Positions 39,601 to 51,611 of a stretch of DNA of 64,000 nt are shown one piece after another. The position numbers and the translations under genes were made by a program. Within the stretch, counting starts at the first letter, position 1; every line of letters starts with the position of its first letter. The stretch is taken from the NCBI GenBank assembly GCA_976551045.1, contig CDPCPM010000281.1, positions 15,562,001 through 15,626,000 of the forward strand. The letters run 5' to 3'. Under the pieces are notes generated by a model. That model saw nothing but the letters and a program-made list of their open reading frames with translations, was not told where the DNA came from and did not search any database. Source of the stretch: Glaucostegus cemiculus (taxonomy: Eukaryota).

Positions 39601-42600
39601 CATCACTACTCCTACCCCAGGGAGTATTGACCATGCTGGCATACACTTTCCAAGCACTGTCTGGAACTTGATCAACCATGAGAACCACATCCATTAAAAA
39701 AAAAGCACAAGGTCAAAAATAGAAACTGCAATGACAACAACACAGCAATCATTTCAATCTGCAACTCCCCAGGTAACTAAACAGTCAATTTTCACTGCAT
39801 TTAAGTGCCAACAGGTGAGTGAGAATAAAAAATATTGTGAATCAGATGGATATGGGTAACGTTGTACAAAAAAACCCAGAAGCAGTCAGGTTTATCAGGC
39901 AATTGGGAACACAAATTACCCTCGCACTTATTACAATGGAGTTGCAGTAAAACAGTAAAGAAGTGTTGCGGCATTTAATGAGTGTTTGATGCAAACAAAC
40001 TTTGCATGTGGTATGGTTTCCTTAACCCACTAAGGAAGGATATATTTGCTGTAAAGTGCGGTTACAAAGAGTTCACGGGATTCCCTGCAGTGATGAAACA
40101 GCAGCCCTATCTGGAAAAAGTGACTTGATTGGACACATGATCCCTAGATTCTACAAGGATAAATGGTGATCTCTTTGATCACACAAATGCTGCGAGGCTG
40201 CATTGCCTGGCAAGGGTCTAGAACTATAAGTTCAAGTTCAGAGTCATGGGCATACATACCCAGGGTATAAATGCCATAAAAATTGGCTTTTTGCAACAGC
40301 AGCACAGTACATTACAGACATAACTTACACAACACAATAAACAAAAATAACATTACGACATTAGCACAAATTGAGGGAAAGAGAGTCAGAGATAGAATTC
40401 GGGTTCTTCAGGTTGTTTCAAGAGCCTGACGGCAGTGGGGAAGAAGCTGTTGTTGAACCGAGATGTGGGTCTTCAGGCTCCTGTACCTCCTGCCTGATGG
40501 CAGCATCGAGAAGAGGGCACGGCCTGGATGGTGGGGGACCTTAATCATGGTTGTTGCCTAAGAAATTGCCCCTCATAGAGGTCCTCGATGGTAGGGAGAG
40601 CTGCACCCATGATGGAACTGGCTGAGCCCACCGCCCTCTTGCATTCCTGTGCATTGGAGTTTCCATTACAGGCGGTGCTTCAACCAGTCAGAATGCTTTC
40701 TGCTGTACACCTGTCGGAGTTTGTCAGAGTCTTTGGTGACATGCTAAATCTCTTTAAACTTCTAAGAAAGCAGAGACACCGCCATGCCCTCTTCATGGTT
40801 GCATCTATGTGCTGGGCCCAGGGTAGGTCCTCCCAGATGTTGACACTCAGGAACTTGAAGCTGCTCACCCTTTCCACTGCAGGCCCTCCACAGTGAAGAC
40901 AGGTGCGTGTTCGCCTGACTACCCCTTCCTGAAGTCCACAATCAGTTCCTTGGTTTTGGTGACGTTCAGCATGAGGTTGTTGCTTTGACACCACTCAACC
41001 AGCTGACCTATCTCACTCCTGTGTGCCTCCTTGCCAACAGCTGTGCTGTCATTGGTGAAATTTGGAGATAGCGCTGGCGCTATGCTTAGCCACACAGTTG
41101 TAGGCGTAGAGAGAGTAGAGCAAGGGGCGCATGCAACCCCGAGTTGATGGTCAGTGAGGGGTTTTTGATCCGTACTGATTGTGGTCTCCCAGTGAGCAAG
41201 TCAAGGATCCAACTGCAGAGGGAGGTACAGAGGCCCAGGTCTTGGAGCTTAACAATAACCTTTGAGGGGATGACGGCATGAACGCAAAGCTGTCATCGTG
41301 GTCTGAGAATAAGGGGTTGCTCAGCTAGAGCCAGGGGAAAAGTTTCTTCACTCAAGGATTTTGACCATTAGAATTCTTCATCAGAGAGGGATGTGGAAGC
41401 TTGGTTATTCAGTAGATTCAAGCCTGAGATCGATAGCTTTTTTAAATACTTAAGAGAATCAAAGAATATGGCGGTGGTGCAGAAAGGCAGATTCACATTA
41501 GAACAGTGATCAGTCGAAAAGCCTGTTCTCAGTCCTCTCTCTCATGGTGGTATGATGCTCTGCTGCAGTACTGAGGGAACTCTGCACTGGCAGAGATCCC
41601 ATTTTTCCAATGACTGCTAAGCCAAGGGCCCACCTGTCCTCAAATGGATTCAAAAATCCCATGGGATTAAATCAAAGATGATTGAGGAGCTCTCCCAAGT
41701 TGCAAGGGCTGATGTTTGTCCTTAGGTTAACATCACCAAAATACATGACCTGATCCTGATCTATGTGGCTGTGTTTCCAACAGTGCCTGGATTTCACAGA
41801 GAAACAGGACACAGCCGTACTCGATTCACTGACTGAGTAGTAGCCCTTCCTCTGGGTTGATTGTTATAATGACCTACTGGCTATTTGTTTGCCATCAAGG
41901 ACACCCATTTCAAGTGGAGAATGGCATCTTGACAGTGCAGCGTTCCCTCTGTATTGTTCTGCGATGGCAAATGAATATAAAGAACAGAAGAGGAGAAATG
42001 CAAATCAGTGTATGAAGCCTGCCTTTCCAGTAACATGACTAGTTGTAGTCAGGGAGGAGTTTCAAAGAAACAGTCAAGGACCATGGTAATTTTCAGTACC
42101 ACAACCAACACAGGACCACCTGACGATGTGAGCTGTACAGGTCTTGACTGGAGAGCATCAGGTTCCTAACTCAATTCCCAAAGCAACTTTAGACCACAGT
42201 CCATGTGGGAGTCAGTGTGGCTTTCTACAGGGCAGCAGCCCCAGTCTCCAGTGGACTCACGGCTGCTCTTTGAGGTTACCTTGCTTGTAGCTACTCTCTA
42301 AAGCTCCTCTTCCTGCAACCAAACCGATGTCTAGAATAGACCGTTCTTGAGCATTAAGCTTCTGATGGAGAAGCAGAATAAACATTCAAGAAAGCAAACG
42401 AATTGGATAACTAAACAACACTAGTGCGCTGACACCAATGTAGATTTTCCCCTATCATCCATGCAGATTTCTCTTAAACAAAACTTGGTCACAGTTCTAC
42501 AATCAATCCTGCCCATGATTACTGAACGAGTTCAGCAGTGGGTAACCTTAAATATATCCTAAGGATGTTACTAGAACCTGTCTTGAACTGAAGTTCCCAC

Positions 42601-45600
42601 CTGCCTGAGCCAGTGGAGTATGATTCTGAAATGGCTGAACAAAGTCTCACACACTACAAACCAAGCAGTTCGTGTTTGTCACATTGGTAGTCCTTCACAT
42701 CTCACCTGATTTGTCAGCTAGATACTTTGTATGTCCATTCTGTAGTCTGTTGAGGGAATCCAGTGTAGCCTGAGCTCTTGTGATGAGATAATCTGCAGAA
42801 AGAAGTCAGCTGCATTAGGGATCAATGTTAGTTTATTAGTTTCTCTCTCGCTGAGTTACATGAAGCTGCTTCAGTATAATCAGCACAGCATCAGAAGGTT
42901 TTCTTTGGGTGTGAAGAATGGGACATGGTCTCCATAGCTTCCCCTCCTATATCTTTAAACTACACAACACTGGCAAACCTCACTTACGTAGGAGCAGAAG
43001 TTGAAAAATAATCTCCAGAGTGTTATAATCACTTGGGATCATAACTCCACCCCCCACCCCTGCTCTCATCTTGCAAGGCACCAAGGTATAAACACAGATG
43101 CACAAATTGACCCTACAAAGCACTCTTTGACTTTTGCCAGACTGACTGTGTTAATTTCCAGGGGACAAGTCAGAACTGCTCTCCTGACTCTTCCAGTGAC
43201 TAAGTGTCGAATCTCCCAGAAATGATCCAGTTGTGGTTCACCTCCTACCACTGCACAACATGCCTGCCAAATCTGGCCTGAAGCCCACTGTTCTATGGTG
43301 TTCCAATTCAATGACTCACATGGCTATCAGCTTTTACCAAGCTGTTAATCAGGAATTTAAATCATAGGTTTTTACCTGTTCCTCTGACTAGCCGGCCTGC
43401 TGCAGCTCTTTCAGGCTACACTGCTACACCTGGGTGTTCCTCTGCATAGTATCAGAAAAATCCCAAAGTCACACAGGCACTGTCATGAGAGACGTCATGT
43501 GTGTCCCTGAGAGAGGGTAGCAGCTGACAGTGCCTCTGTCCCAGCTGTCCACCTCCTCGACTTTAGTGCCACTGTGGGTGCCACTCATGTTTGTTTTCTG
43601 TAGGAATGGGGAGTTGGCTCCTCGCAATACCTGAAGCAAGTAAATAGCTTGAGCTTTTCCCAACAGGGCCGAGCAAGTTAGATTTATAAAGAGCCAAGCA
43701 AACAAAGGGACAGAATGCTGCTTTATGGGTAGCAAGTTTTCCACTTCTCTGCGAACATGCAATCAGGTGAATTCGAAGGAGGAGGAGGTACAGCCCCTCG
43801 TACCTGCTCCACTGTTTAATAAGACCATGGCAGATCTGACCGTAACCTCAATTTCACTTTCAGACTAGTCCCACTTGCCAGCTCTCAGTCAGTGACTGCA
43901 GGTGACGTCAATGAAGCAGACAGACACATTGGGAACCACCCAGCCCCTCATGCCTGTTCCAGCATTTAATAAGATCATGGGGGGTCTGATTATGGCTCCA
44001 ACTCCACATTCCTGTCTACCCGCAGAACCTTGCTTAACAAGAACCTACCCACCCCTGCCTTCTGAATATTTAAAGGCTCTGTTTCCACTGGCCTTTGTGG
44101 AAAAGAGCTCCAAGGTCTGTACCAGGAAGGAGGAAGTGTTAGAAATCGGCATCAAAGTTGGCATGGATGACGTAGCTCGAAAGGGACTGTCTCTGTGCTG
44201 CATAATATGATTCTGTGACCCATAATCCTCAGTCTAAACAATTTGCCTCATTTCTATGGGGGGAGGGGGGAAATGACCCTGATTTTCAAAAAGTGGCCCC
44301 AAGTATTAAATCATCCCATAAGATGAAATATCTTCATCTTCTTCACATGCACCTCGTCAAGCCTCTCAAGATCTTCAACGTTTTAATCACGTTCCTGCTT
44401 ACTCCTCTGAACACGAATGGATGGCCTAACACGTCCAAGCTCTCCTCACATGAAAACCTGGCCATTTCTCAGGCACTTGTCAAGTAAACTTTCAAACAAA
44501 TGTACAGACACATAGTGAAATGATTCTGCCCAAAATATGTACATCTCTTTCCTGATCCTTAATATTTAAAAGTTATTTTGATCTCAAACCTTCTGGTAAA
44601 TCAGCTTCGATGCTGCTTCACATTCTATTATTTACAACCAACTACATTTGGTTCAAACGCCGGCCAGCCCCTTACTTTCTGTATTTACCTGCCGAACTGG
44701 TGCAGCCAACGTGAAGGGGGTCCTCCAACCTGTTAAGAGCATCCTGAATGATTCCCTCTGCTTCCTCAACTGCAGAGCGCAGAAGAGCAAACTGTTCATC
44801 AAGTAGCTGCTTCTGCAGAGCTTGCTCATGGCTCTCCTGAAGAATGCAGACACATAAACCTGGTGTGATAACCAAAGCATGCAAACCCCTCCAGTCACAC
44901 AGGGCAACCCAAACACACCCCCAGCCCAGGCACACAGCTCAACCAATACACACACCTATCCCAGTTACTCAGCACAATACACACACCCAGCCCAGTCACA
45001 CAGCACAATTCAAACACACCCCCAGCCCAGTCACACAGCACAATTCAAACACATGCCCAGCCCAGTCACACAGCACAATTCAAACACATACCCAGCCCAG
45101 TCACACAGCACAATTCAAACACACCCCCAGCCCAGTCACACAGCACAATTCAAACACACTGAGCCCTGTTACACAGGGTAACCAAATAACACACCCAGCC
45201 CAGTGACTTGAACAGACTGAAGGTAGATTACTGAATAGACCAGCACATGTGCCAGTATGGCTTAACTGGAAGCTCACCCTACTAAGCATATAATCTAGGC
45301 AGACACTTTAATAGCACACAGAAGGAATGGTGCATGCAGACAATGTTCTATTGGTAAGACATTTAACCAAGTCTCATCAACCTATTGTGGTGGATGTTAA
45401 AGATCACCTCCAAAGAAGAGGGCATTCTTGCTCACAGAGTAACCACAAGCAGGCCATTCACCTCAGCAAACAGCTCAACTGGTGGTGTAAGATAGACAAA
45501 CACTGACTTCAGTTTGATTCCCTAGTCCTGACCGGAGCAACTGATCCACTAACCTTTTCATTCAGCTGATTCTGCAGCCCCTCAACCATTCGACTGGTGC

Positions 45601-48600
45601 TGTCCTTCTCCACTGACAGGGCCTTCTTCACCTGCTCCAGCTCATCACACAGCGTGGTTAGTGCACTCTTCTTCTCATCCACGGCCTGGCTTAGTGCCAC
45701 CTTTTCTGACGTCAGTGATTCAATGGTTGATGCCATTACAGTGCTTGCCTGACAGGATCAGATGAACAGGAAAGAAATTAAGGAAACATCTTGGATTTAC
45801 TGAGGGAATTACTTCTATGTCTTAAAGCAATCAATTGCTGTCCATTCTGGTGAATGCTTCCAGCATTTTCTACTTTTAATAAAATGAGCAGTTAGACTTG
45901 TTGCCAAAATTAATCAATTATCCATTTTACAATGTTTCAGATGTGAGACTCAAGTTTAGGTAACTCTTGCTCTAGGCTCAAGTTTTTAATGAAATCTTCA
46001 TTCAAGAATGAACCTCCGTTCTCCCTGCCTCACCCCAGGTGTCCATCCTCTTCCTAATCTGAAGACAAGTAAGTAACTTCCCTAATAAATGGATTTTTGT
46101 AGTATTAGGAAAACTGGTTTCATCCTTGATTACACAAACATCACCCTCACTGTGGAAACCGGTGACATCAACCTTATCAGCTGGATGTCCAGATCCATGA
46201 GGATCAGGACAATCATCTTGTTGTGACTGCTGTCAGATCCCAGAAAGATCCTCCAAACACAACCTGCTTTAATTCAAATACAATCTGTATGTTTTTCTTC
46301 ACAGCGTGGCACCATTAGTTGAAGCTACATGTAGGACGTGATTGTGCTGGTGAGAGTGCAGAGCAGATTCAATAGGATGTTGCCGGGATAGAAGGACTTC
46401 AGTTATTGGGAGATAATAGATAGGTTGGGATTGGAGCCAAGTAGGATGAGGAGTGACTTGATAGAAGCATCTAAGATTATGGGAGGCATAAATAGGATAG
46501 ATAGCGAAAACCTCTTTTCTATTGTATGGGTATCAAAAACAAAAGAACATAGGTTTAAGGTAAGAGGAAGGAAATTTGAAGAGGGTCTAGGTGAGTGAGT
46601 TAAAGGGGATCTGTCTAGGTTTATTTTACCCACAGGAGGTGGTGGAATCAGATGCAATGACTACATTTAAAAGGCACTTAGATACTTAAGTAGGCAAGGC
46701 AGAGGAGGATACAGTCCTAATGCTGGCAAATTAGTGCAGGTGGGCAAAGAGGTCGACAAGGACATGGTGAGCTGAAGGGCCCGTTCCTGTGCTGTACGAC
46801 TATGACGAGAAGCAAGAGGCGGCTTCCTGTTCTGAACTCACTTCCCACATAATCTTCACATTTCAAAGACAAAGAAAGTGGAGAGGTGGTGCAGACTGTA
46901 GGTGGCTTTGTACACCTCCTAAAGCTCTGTTACGTAATGAAGTCAGGTCTTAAACCCAGCCATCAAGCTGACTCAGAGATGGGGGATTAAAATAAACTAG
47001 AGATAAGAAGGACACTTGAACAATCAGTGCTCCTGTGCTGAAGCCTTACGCCTGATCTGGGTTGTAGTGGTGGGGCTTGGATTGATGCATTTAACTTTAA
47101 CCATGGAGTGCAACAAACCCCCACTACATATTCTCCCCTCAACCCACATGGACATTTCAGATGCAGTGAATGTTGTGATCAGGAGCATCAAACCTCATTG
47201 TTTTAACCTCTTTCTATCCGGGATGTTCAGGTGATGTGCAGCCTGCCCCAAGTATCTCAGCAGAAGGGCTCTGGACCCAATCCGGAATCTCATGGTTTAC
47301 GGTGCCCATTTTCACAGAACCAGTACACAAATCGTTTTAACCTTTCTGTTCAGTGAGTTCATACGTACAGGCCAAGTAAATGGAACGAGGGTTCCAGACC
47401 TCACGCTCTAATCTTGAAAGTCATTCCTGTACAATCTCACCTGTTTAGAGTCTTCGTGTGAGCTTTTCAAGGACACTACTTCGTTATTCCTGGATTGGAG
47501 CTCCTCCTGTAGAGTTTCTAACTTGCGAGTCTGCTCCTGCTCCTATTGTTTGAGGAAAGAGAAATACATCATCTTTAAAGGCAGCTGTTCAGAGGCACAA
47601 AAGTACCTCTTTTACCTAAGTTGCAAAGGTCTGAAGAAGAAGGAATCCGTTAAGAGATGGGAGTGGACCATGGAATAAAGTTGTTACAACCCTTTGCCTC
47701 TTCTACCTATCACCTCTCAGCTTATTTATATCTTCTCCTCCTCCCCCCCCCACTACCTTCCCCCCTCTCCTGAACTCGCTTGTCACCTGAACTCATCTAT
47801 CACCTGCCCACGTGTGCTCCTCACCCTCCCCCCATCTTCTTATTCATATCTAGGCTCCTCTTCACTTAATTCACTTCCAAGAATGCCTTTGTTGACCCTG
47901 TTCTGTTCCAAAGTTCTCTCGGCCTCCCCAACCTTCCTCATAGCTGCAACTTTCCAGTTCTGGAGACATCTCAGAAAATCCTCTCTGCACCGTTTCTGGT
48001 CTAATCACATCTTTCCCGTATTGTGACAGACAGAACGTATGCAGCTGTGGTCTAACTAGTAACAGAAAATGCTGGAAGAACAGAGTCAGTCAAGCAGCAT
48101 CTGCAGGAAAAGGAGACAGTTAATATTTTGGGTCAAAGGGTCCCTGACCCTTTCCACAGATGCTGCTTGAATGGATGAGTTCTTCCACCGTTTTCTGTTT
48201 TTCTTTCAGATTTCAGCATCTACTGTTTAATTTGCTTTCCATGGTCTAGTTCATGTTGTATACAGTTTCCCTGCTCTTTTTCACCCATGCCTCTGCTAAT
48301 AAAGGAAAACATCCCATACACCTTCCTAACCACATCCTCTGCCCCTCCGCACCGCTTACTGTGGATTCCCTCGCCTTTTGCATTAACTCACACTACTATA
48401 GATTGACTTCCATTTAGCACTTTTCTTATGAACTGACTAGACCATCCATAATCTCCTGTACCTGAATGTGTTCCTGCTCTAGGTCAACCACATGGCTGAC
48501 GTTTAGATCCTCTGCAGATTTTTTTTTATCATTTACCCACACAACATAGGAGGCCATTCACCCACCAACTCTATGCTGGCTCACAGAGCAGTCTCAATCC

Positions 48601-49844
48601 TTCACTAATTTTCCCCTGTAACCTATTCTCCCCACATTCCCACCAACTCTCCTCAGGTTCTACCACTCAGTTACACTCTGGGGACAATCACCAATTGATC
48701 TACCAACACATCTTTGGGATGTGGGAGGAAACCGGATAACCTGGAGGAAACACACACAGTCACGAGCAGAACATGCAAGTTCCACACAGACAGCACCACA
48801 GAGGTCAGGATTCAACCCCAGTGGATTCCTGGCACTGTGCTAGCTTTACTAGCTGTACCCCTGTGCCATGGCCTCATCATCTAAATCATTAACATGTACA
48901 ACAAGAAGCAAGAAACCGAGTACTGAGTCTTGGGAATTCCACTGGTAACAGCTTTTCAATCACATCCTACAACCAGTACCACCTCCTTCCTGCAACTAAG
49001 GAAATTTGGCCACTCTCCTTTGGATCCCATGCATCCATTTCAGCACCTGCTACATGGAACCCTGTCAAAAACCCTGCTAAAATCCGTGATGGCTGCATCA
49101 GATACACTGCTCCAATCAAAAAGGGTGCCAAATATAAGATTCCTAGCAAATAGGCAATTTTGAATATAATTTTGTTTGGCTTTATCTTTACAAGTGCCAA
49201 GGTGTCAAGGAATAGGCAAAATTGATGATTCATATAAATATCCATCAAACACTGCTGGTAATGTCAGTGGGTCTCCCTGGAACAGGCGCAGGATCAGGTT
49301 TGACTGTAGTATTCTGTAGCCAGGCAAACACCCTCTGTCCACACTTACATATGGACAACTAATTGCATTTATATAGCTTCTTTGATATAGTAAGAAGATC
49401 CCAAGATGTTCTACAGGAACACTGGCAAACAAAAATTGATTCTGAGCTACATGACCTATCCGAGCTCAAAAAGAACTTTAAATATAATCTTAAGGGAGTG
49501 AGAAGAAGAGATATAAGGAAGGAGAGTCAGCCAGGGGTGGGGTATGTGAAAGAGGGGGGAAGAGGTGCATCGTTAAAAAACCTGGAGGAGTCGTCCAAGA
49601 TCCATGATTAGGTTACCAGTGAACCAGACTGAAATTACTGCACCAGCTTTTGGGTGACACCCTGATACCATTCAACAGAGGAACGGGATTTATCACTTGT
49701 TGCAACTTCGCCAGATGCTAAACTCACTTGCTGCTGCATATCGTCTTTCAGCTGCTGCACAGTCTCCTCCAGCTCCTTCTTCACTTGTTCCATGTCTTCC
49801 TGCGTCTGACGAAACAAAGTCATTTGCTTCATGACCTCTGCGTT
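21666..49844 (-). CDS. HIP1: Huntingtin-interacting protein 1, 3' part (16 coding exons, about 556 aa; 5' exons outside window)
   Basis: Manually spliced GT-AG exons with consistent phases encode [97 protein letters not shown] and [13 protein letters not shown]. This is the THATCH domain with HIP1-type rather than HIP1R-type residues. Confidence 0.95.
22090..22590 (-). mobile_element. CR1 RT fragment
   Basis: ORF 22365..22556 [25 protein letters not shown] (decayed NYRPVSLTSV motif). Confidence 0.75.
23145..23495 (-). mobile_element. HE1-like V-SINE with CR1 tail
   Basis: ggcacaatggcacatctagtagaactgctgcctcacagctccag head on the minus strand plus V core; related copies at 33305-33600 plus and 48550-48870 minus. 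Confidence 0.8.
23916..24024 (-). CDS. HIP1: HIP1 exon (109 bp) [36 protein letters not shown]
   Basis: Acceptor tattcttgccctgaag, donor AAG|gtgtgt, phase 0-1. Confidence 0.94.
24651..24712 (-). CDS. HIP1: HIP1 exon (62 bp) [21 protein letters not shown]
   Basis: Acceptor gatttgttccag, donor CAG|gtatta, phase 1-0. Confidence 0.95.
25689..25812 (-). CDS. HIP1: HIP1 exon (124 bp) [41 protein letters not shown]
   Basis: Acceptor tgtcttttgcag, donor AAG|gtagtg, phase 0-1. Confidence 0.95.
25820..27610 (+). mobile_element. CR1 LINE ORF2 (5'-truncated) abutting an HIP1 acceptor
   Basis: [57 protein letters not shown] and CR1 3' end. Confidence 0.9.
27230..27520 (-). mobile_element. V-SINE-type element nested in CR1
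   Basis: Reverse complement of the 9000/14460 family. Confidence 0.85.
28027..28132 (-). CDS. HIP1: HIP1 exon (106 bp) [35 protein letters not shown]
   Basis: Acceptor cattcatctgttcag, donor AAG|gtaagt, phase 2-0. Confidence 0.96.
30530..32110 (+). mobile_element. Old CR1 ORF2 fragment
   Basis: Decayed [28 protein letters not shown] motifs. Confidence 0.75.
32331..32431 (-). CDS. HIP1: HIP1 exon (101 bp) [33 protein letters not shown]
   Basis: Acceptor ttcttgataacag, donor GGT|gtaagt, phase 0-2; conserved W block of I/LWEQ. Confidence 0.96.
33305..33600 (+). mobile_element. HE1-like V-SINE
   Basis: ggtggcacagtggtacagctggtagagctgctgcc head, ggttcaat B box, V core, ctatgact tail. Confidence 0.75.
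33621..33714 (-). CDS. HIP1: HIP1 exon (94 bp) [32 protein letters not shown]
   Basis: Acceptor ttatttactgcag, donor AGG|gtaaga, phase 2-0. Confidence 0.95.
34567..34625 (-). CDS. HIP1: HIP1 exon (59 bp) [19 protein letters not shown]
   Basis: Acceptor cttgtaaccag, donor GAG|gtaatt, phase 0-2; peptide diagnostic of HIP1. Confidence 0.95.
35916..36026 (-). CDS. HIP1: HIP1 exon (111 bp) [37 protein letters not shown] (upstream helix of THATCH)
   Basis: Acceptor gttcattttag, donor GAG|gtaatt, phase 0-0. Confidence 0.95.
36564..36700 (-). CDS. HIP1: HIP1 exon (137 bp) [46 protein letters not shown]
   Basis: Acceptor ttttcaaattgttag, donor GAG|gtaaga, phase 1-0. Confidence 0.92.
38466..39335. 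repeat. 34-bp CpG-rich minisatellite, about 25 copies
   Basis: Unit GTCTGCACACAGCGGAG(T/C)GACGGCGTTACTC(C/A)CC; five identical units between about 39049 and 39218, decayed at both edges. Confidence 0.97.
39369..39476 (-). CDS. HIP1: HIP1 exon (108 bp) [36 protein letters not shown]
   Basis: Acceptor tatttatttttcag, donor ATA|gtgagt, phase 1-1. Confidence 0.93.
40225..41300 (-). mobile_element. Rex1-type LINE nested in an old plus-strand CR1 (about 39860-41540)
   Basis: [21 protein letters not shown]...K.A..L.FLR.LKRF motif in ORF 40680..40994; (CTTGAA)n tail. Confidence 0.85.
41563..41790 (+). mobile_element. Deu-domain SINE (SacSINE1/AmnSINE1-like)
   Basis: tgcagtactgagggaactctgcactg...aaaaatcccatgg...aacatcaccaaaa resembles the Deu-SINE consensus as I recall it. 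Confidence 0.65.
42706..42792 (-). CDS. HIP1: HIP1 exon (87 bp) [29 protein letters not shown]
   Basis: Acceptor cttctttctgcag, donor CAG|gtgaga, phase 1-1. Confidence 0.92.
44689..44836 (-). CDS. HIP1: HIP1 exon (148 bp) [49 protein letters not shown]
   Basis: Acceptor gcattcttcag, donor CAG|gtaaat, phase 0-1. Confidence 0.93.
44880..45207. repeat. 35-bp minisatellite, about 9 copies
   Basis: Unit CAGCCCAGTCACACAGCACAATTCAAACACACCCC; period 35 (cagcacaatt at 45001 and 45036). Confidence 0.95.
45554..45748 (-). CDS. HIP1: HIP1 exon (195 bp) [16 protein letters not shown]...GLQNQLNEK
   Basis: Acceptor ctgatcctgtcag, donor AAG|gttagt, phase 0-0; overlaps ORF 45509..45736. Confidence 0.9.
46300..46810 (+). 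mobile_element. CR1 LINE 3' fragment
   Basis: [19 protein letters not shown] motif, ctgaagggcccgttcctgtgctgtacgactatga 3' end. Confidence 0.8.
47441..47542 (-). CDS. HIP1: HIP1 exon (102 bp) [34 protein letters not shown]
   Basis: Acceptor tttctctttcctcaaacaatag, donor CAG|gtgaga, phase 0-0, open coiled-coil frame. Confidence 0.9.
48550..48870 (-). mobile_element. HE1-like V-SINE
   Basis: gggatgtgggaggaaaccgga..cctggaggaaac reverse-complement V core. Confidence 0.75.
49728..49844 (-). CDS. HIP1: HIP1 exon (117 bp) [39 protein letters not shown]
   Basis: Acceptor ctaatttttacag, donor CAA|gtgagt, phase 0-0; coiled coil starting NAEV as in HIP1. Confidence 0.92.
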
Positions 49845-51611
49845 CTGTAAAAATTAGAGTATGAGTTGTCAGTCAGGAAACTAGGGGGATGAACAGTATC
49901 AAGCTTCCATGACACAGAGGACATCGAAAGCACGCACTGGGCCAGTGACTCTAACCAGCAGCTTCCTGAAGCCTTCAGAGCTTCAGTAGTCATCACTCTT
50001 GTGAGCTGCTCAACAATGTCAGTGAAGCTCCACTTATTGAACTATACAGCAATTCAACTTATCATTGATATTCCTCCTTTGCCTGCCATCTTAGGGACAG
50101 ATCCAAATTATAAAACACTGCATTTCCCCTAGTTCTATTGTAAAAAATTTTAAATGCGCCAGAGTAATCCCGCCGCTACTAAATCTGGAAATGATCTCTG
50201 CATCTCTGGAATCATTTCACTGAGAAACTTGTCTGGTTTTCTGATACTAATCCTGCTCTTCCATAGTCTGGTGAGTCAAGGAACCAAATAATAGGAACTG
50301 AGCCCAAGTTCATGAATTACAACTTGTTCTGCAGAATAATGGGACTGCTGTTTTACAATACAAGACAAAACAAATGCTGCCACTTCTTCAGCTCTACATT
50401 CAGGTTTCTTGTTACATTTTAGAGTACTAAGCAAAGTGATTGCTAATAAGAGCAGGCACTGTTGGAAATGCTCAGTGGGTCAGGCAGTATCAACGGAAAA
50501 AGGGACACATGTCGACATTTCAGGTCAATGACTTTTATCATACAAAATGATTGTTAAATGCAAGTGAATCACTGCCAACACCTTCTAGGCTATAAAACTG
50601 TCCCCAAGGTGGAGATTCCACCAAGGTGTTGATTCTAACAAGGTGTTATACTAATGAAGGGCTCTCCTGAAACCTGACTACACTGAACTACTGGGAGAAT
50701 CCTATATCCAAATTAAGAGTGCACACTTCACACTAAATGTGAACAGAATTCTCCAACTCCAATAAAAATAAAAATACAGGAAATACTCAGCAGGTCAGGC
50801 ACTATCTGTGAAGAGAGATGCAGACTGATGAAAGCTAATCAACCTGAAACACTCTCTTCATTGATATTCACAGGCCATAGCATGTGTCAGCATGGTTCTG
50901 ACTCCTGAACTTTAGAACAGAACTATAGAAGGAGCTGGAGGGCAGATGCGGGCATACCTCACCTCATGCACCGAAGCCAAGCACATTCATCATATGCAGA
51001 GTCAGATACACTTCAGACCTGGCCCCTCATCAGGCTGGTCCGCTGCCTGCAGCCCAATCACTGCTTGTGCTGCCTTGCCAAACAAACGCAGTGATAACAC
51101 TGGCAGTGCACTGAGAACCATGCAGCCAACATATGTTTGTACAGCAGTTCAGAGTGATAGCGACCACAGCGCACAGGCTCAGACCAGAGCAATCTGGTTC
51201 ATTCTCCTCCGATGAAAAGTCGTGGACCTGAAACACTAACTGTTTCCCCCTCTCAACTGACGCTACCTGACCTGATGAGTATTTCATGCATATGCCAATG
51301 TTGCACCAATGACCGCATTGGCACTTAATAACCTGAACTAACTGAGGCAAGTTCCCTGATGACTTGGTTGACCCGCCATCAGTGTGTTAATGGGATGGGA
51401 AATTTGTTCCCTGTTCGATGCTGCCTCAGAATCCAACCCCGGGAGCAAAGTCAGAAACTTCAGGTAAAGCAGAAAGGAAAATGGCAAACACACTACTCAA
51501 ATGATATAAATTTCCCATCATTTATCTTGCATCTGCACACCCAGTGTGTCATTTTAAGTATCAATCCCAACATATTCATTTCTTAGCCCTGCTTTCATCA
51601 CTTTTACGACA

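Noticed and set aside
44844-45206. His/Thr/Gln-rich repeat proteins
   Set aside because: Translations of the 35-bp minisatellite, antisense within an HIP1 intron.
21666-49844. Calling the gene HIP1R
   Set aside because: THATCH residues ([50 protein letters not shown]) and the lack of a proline-rich tail favour HIP1.
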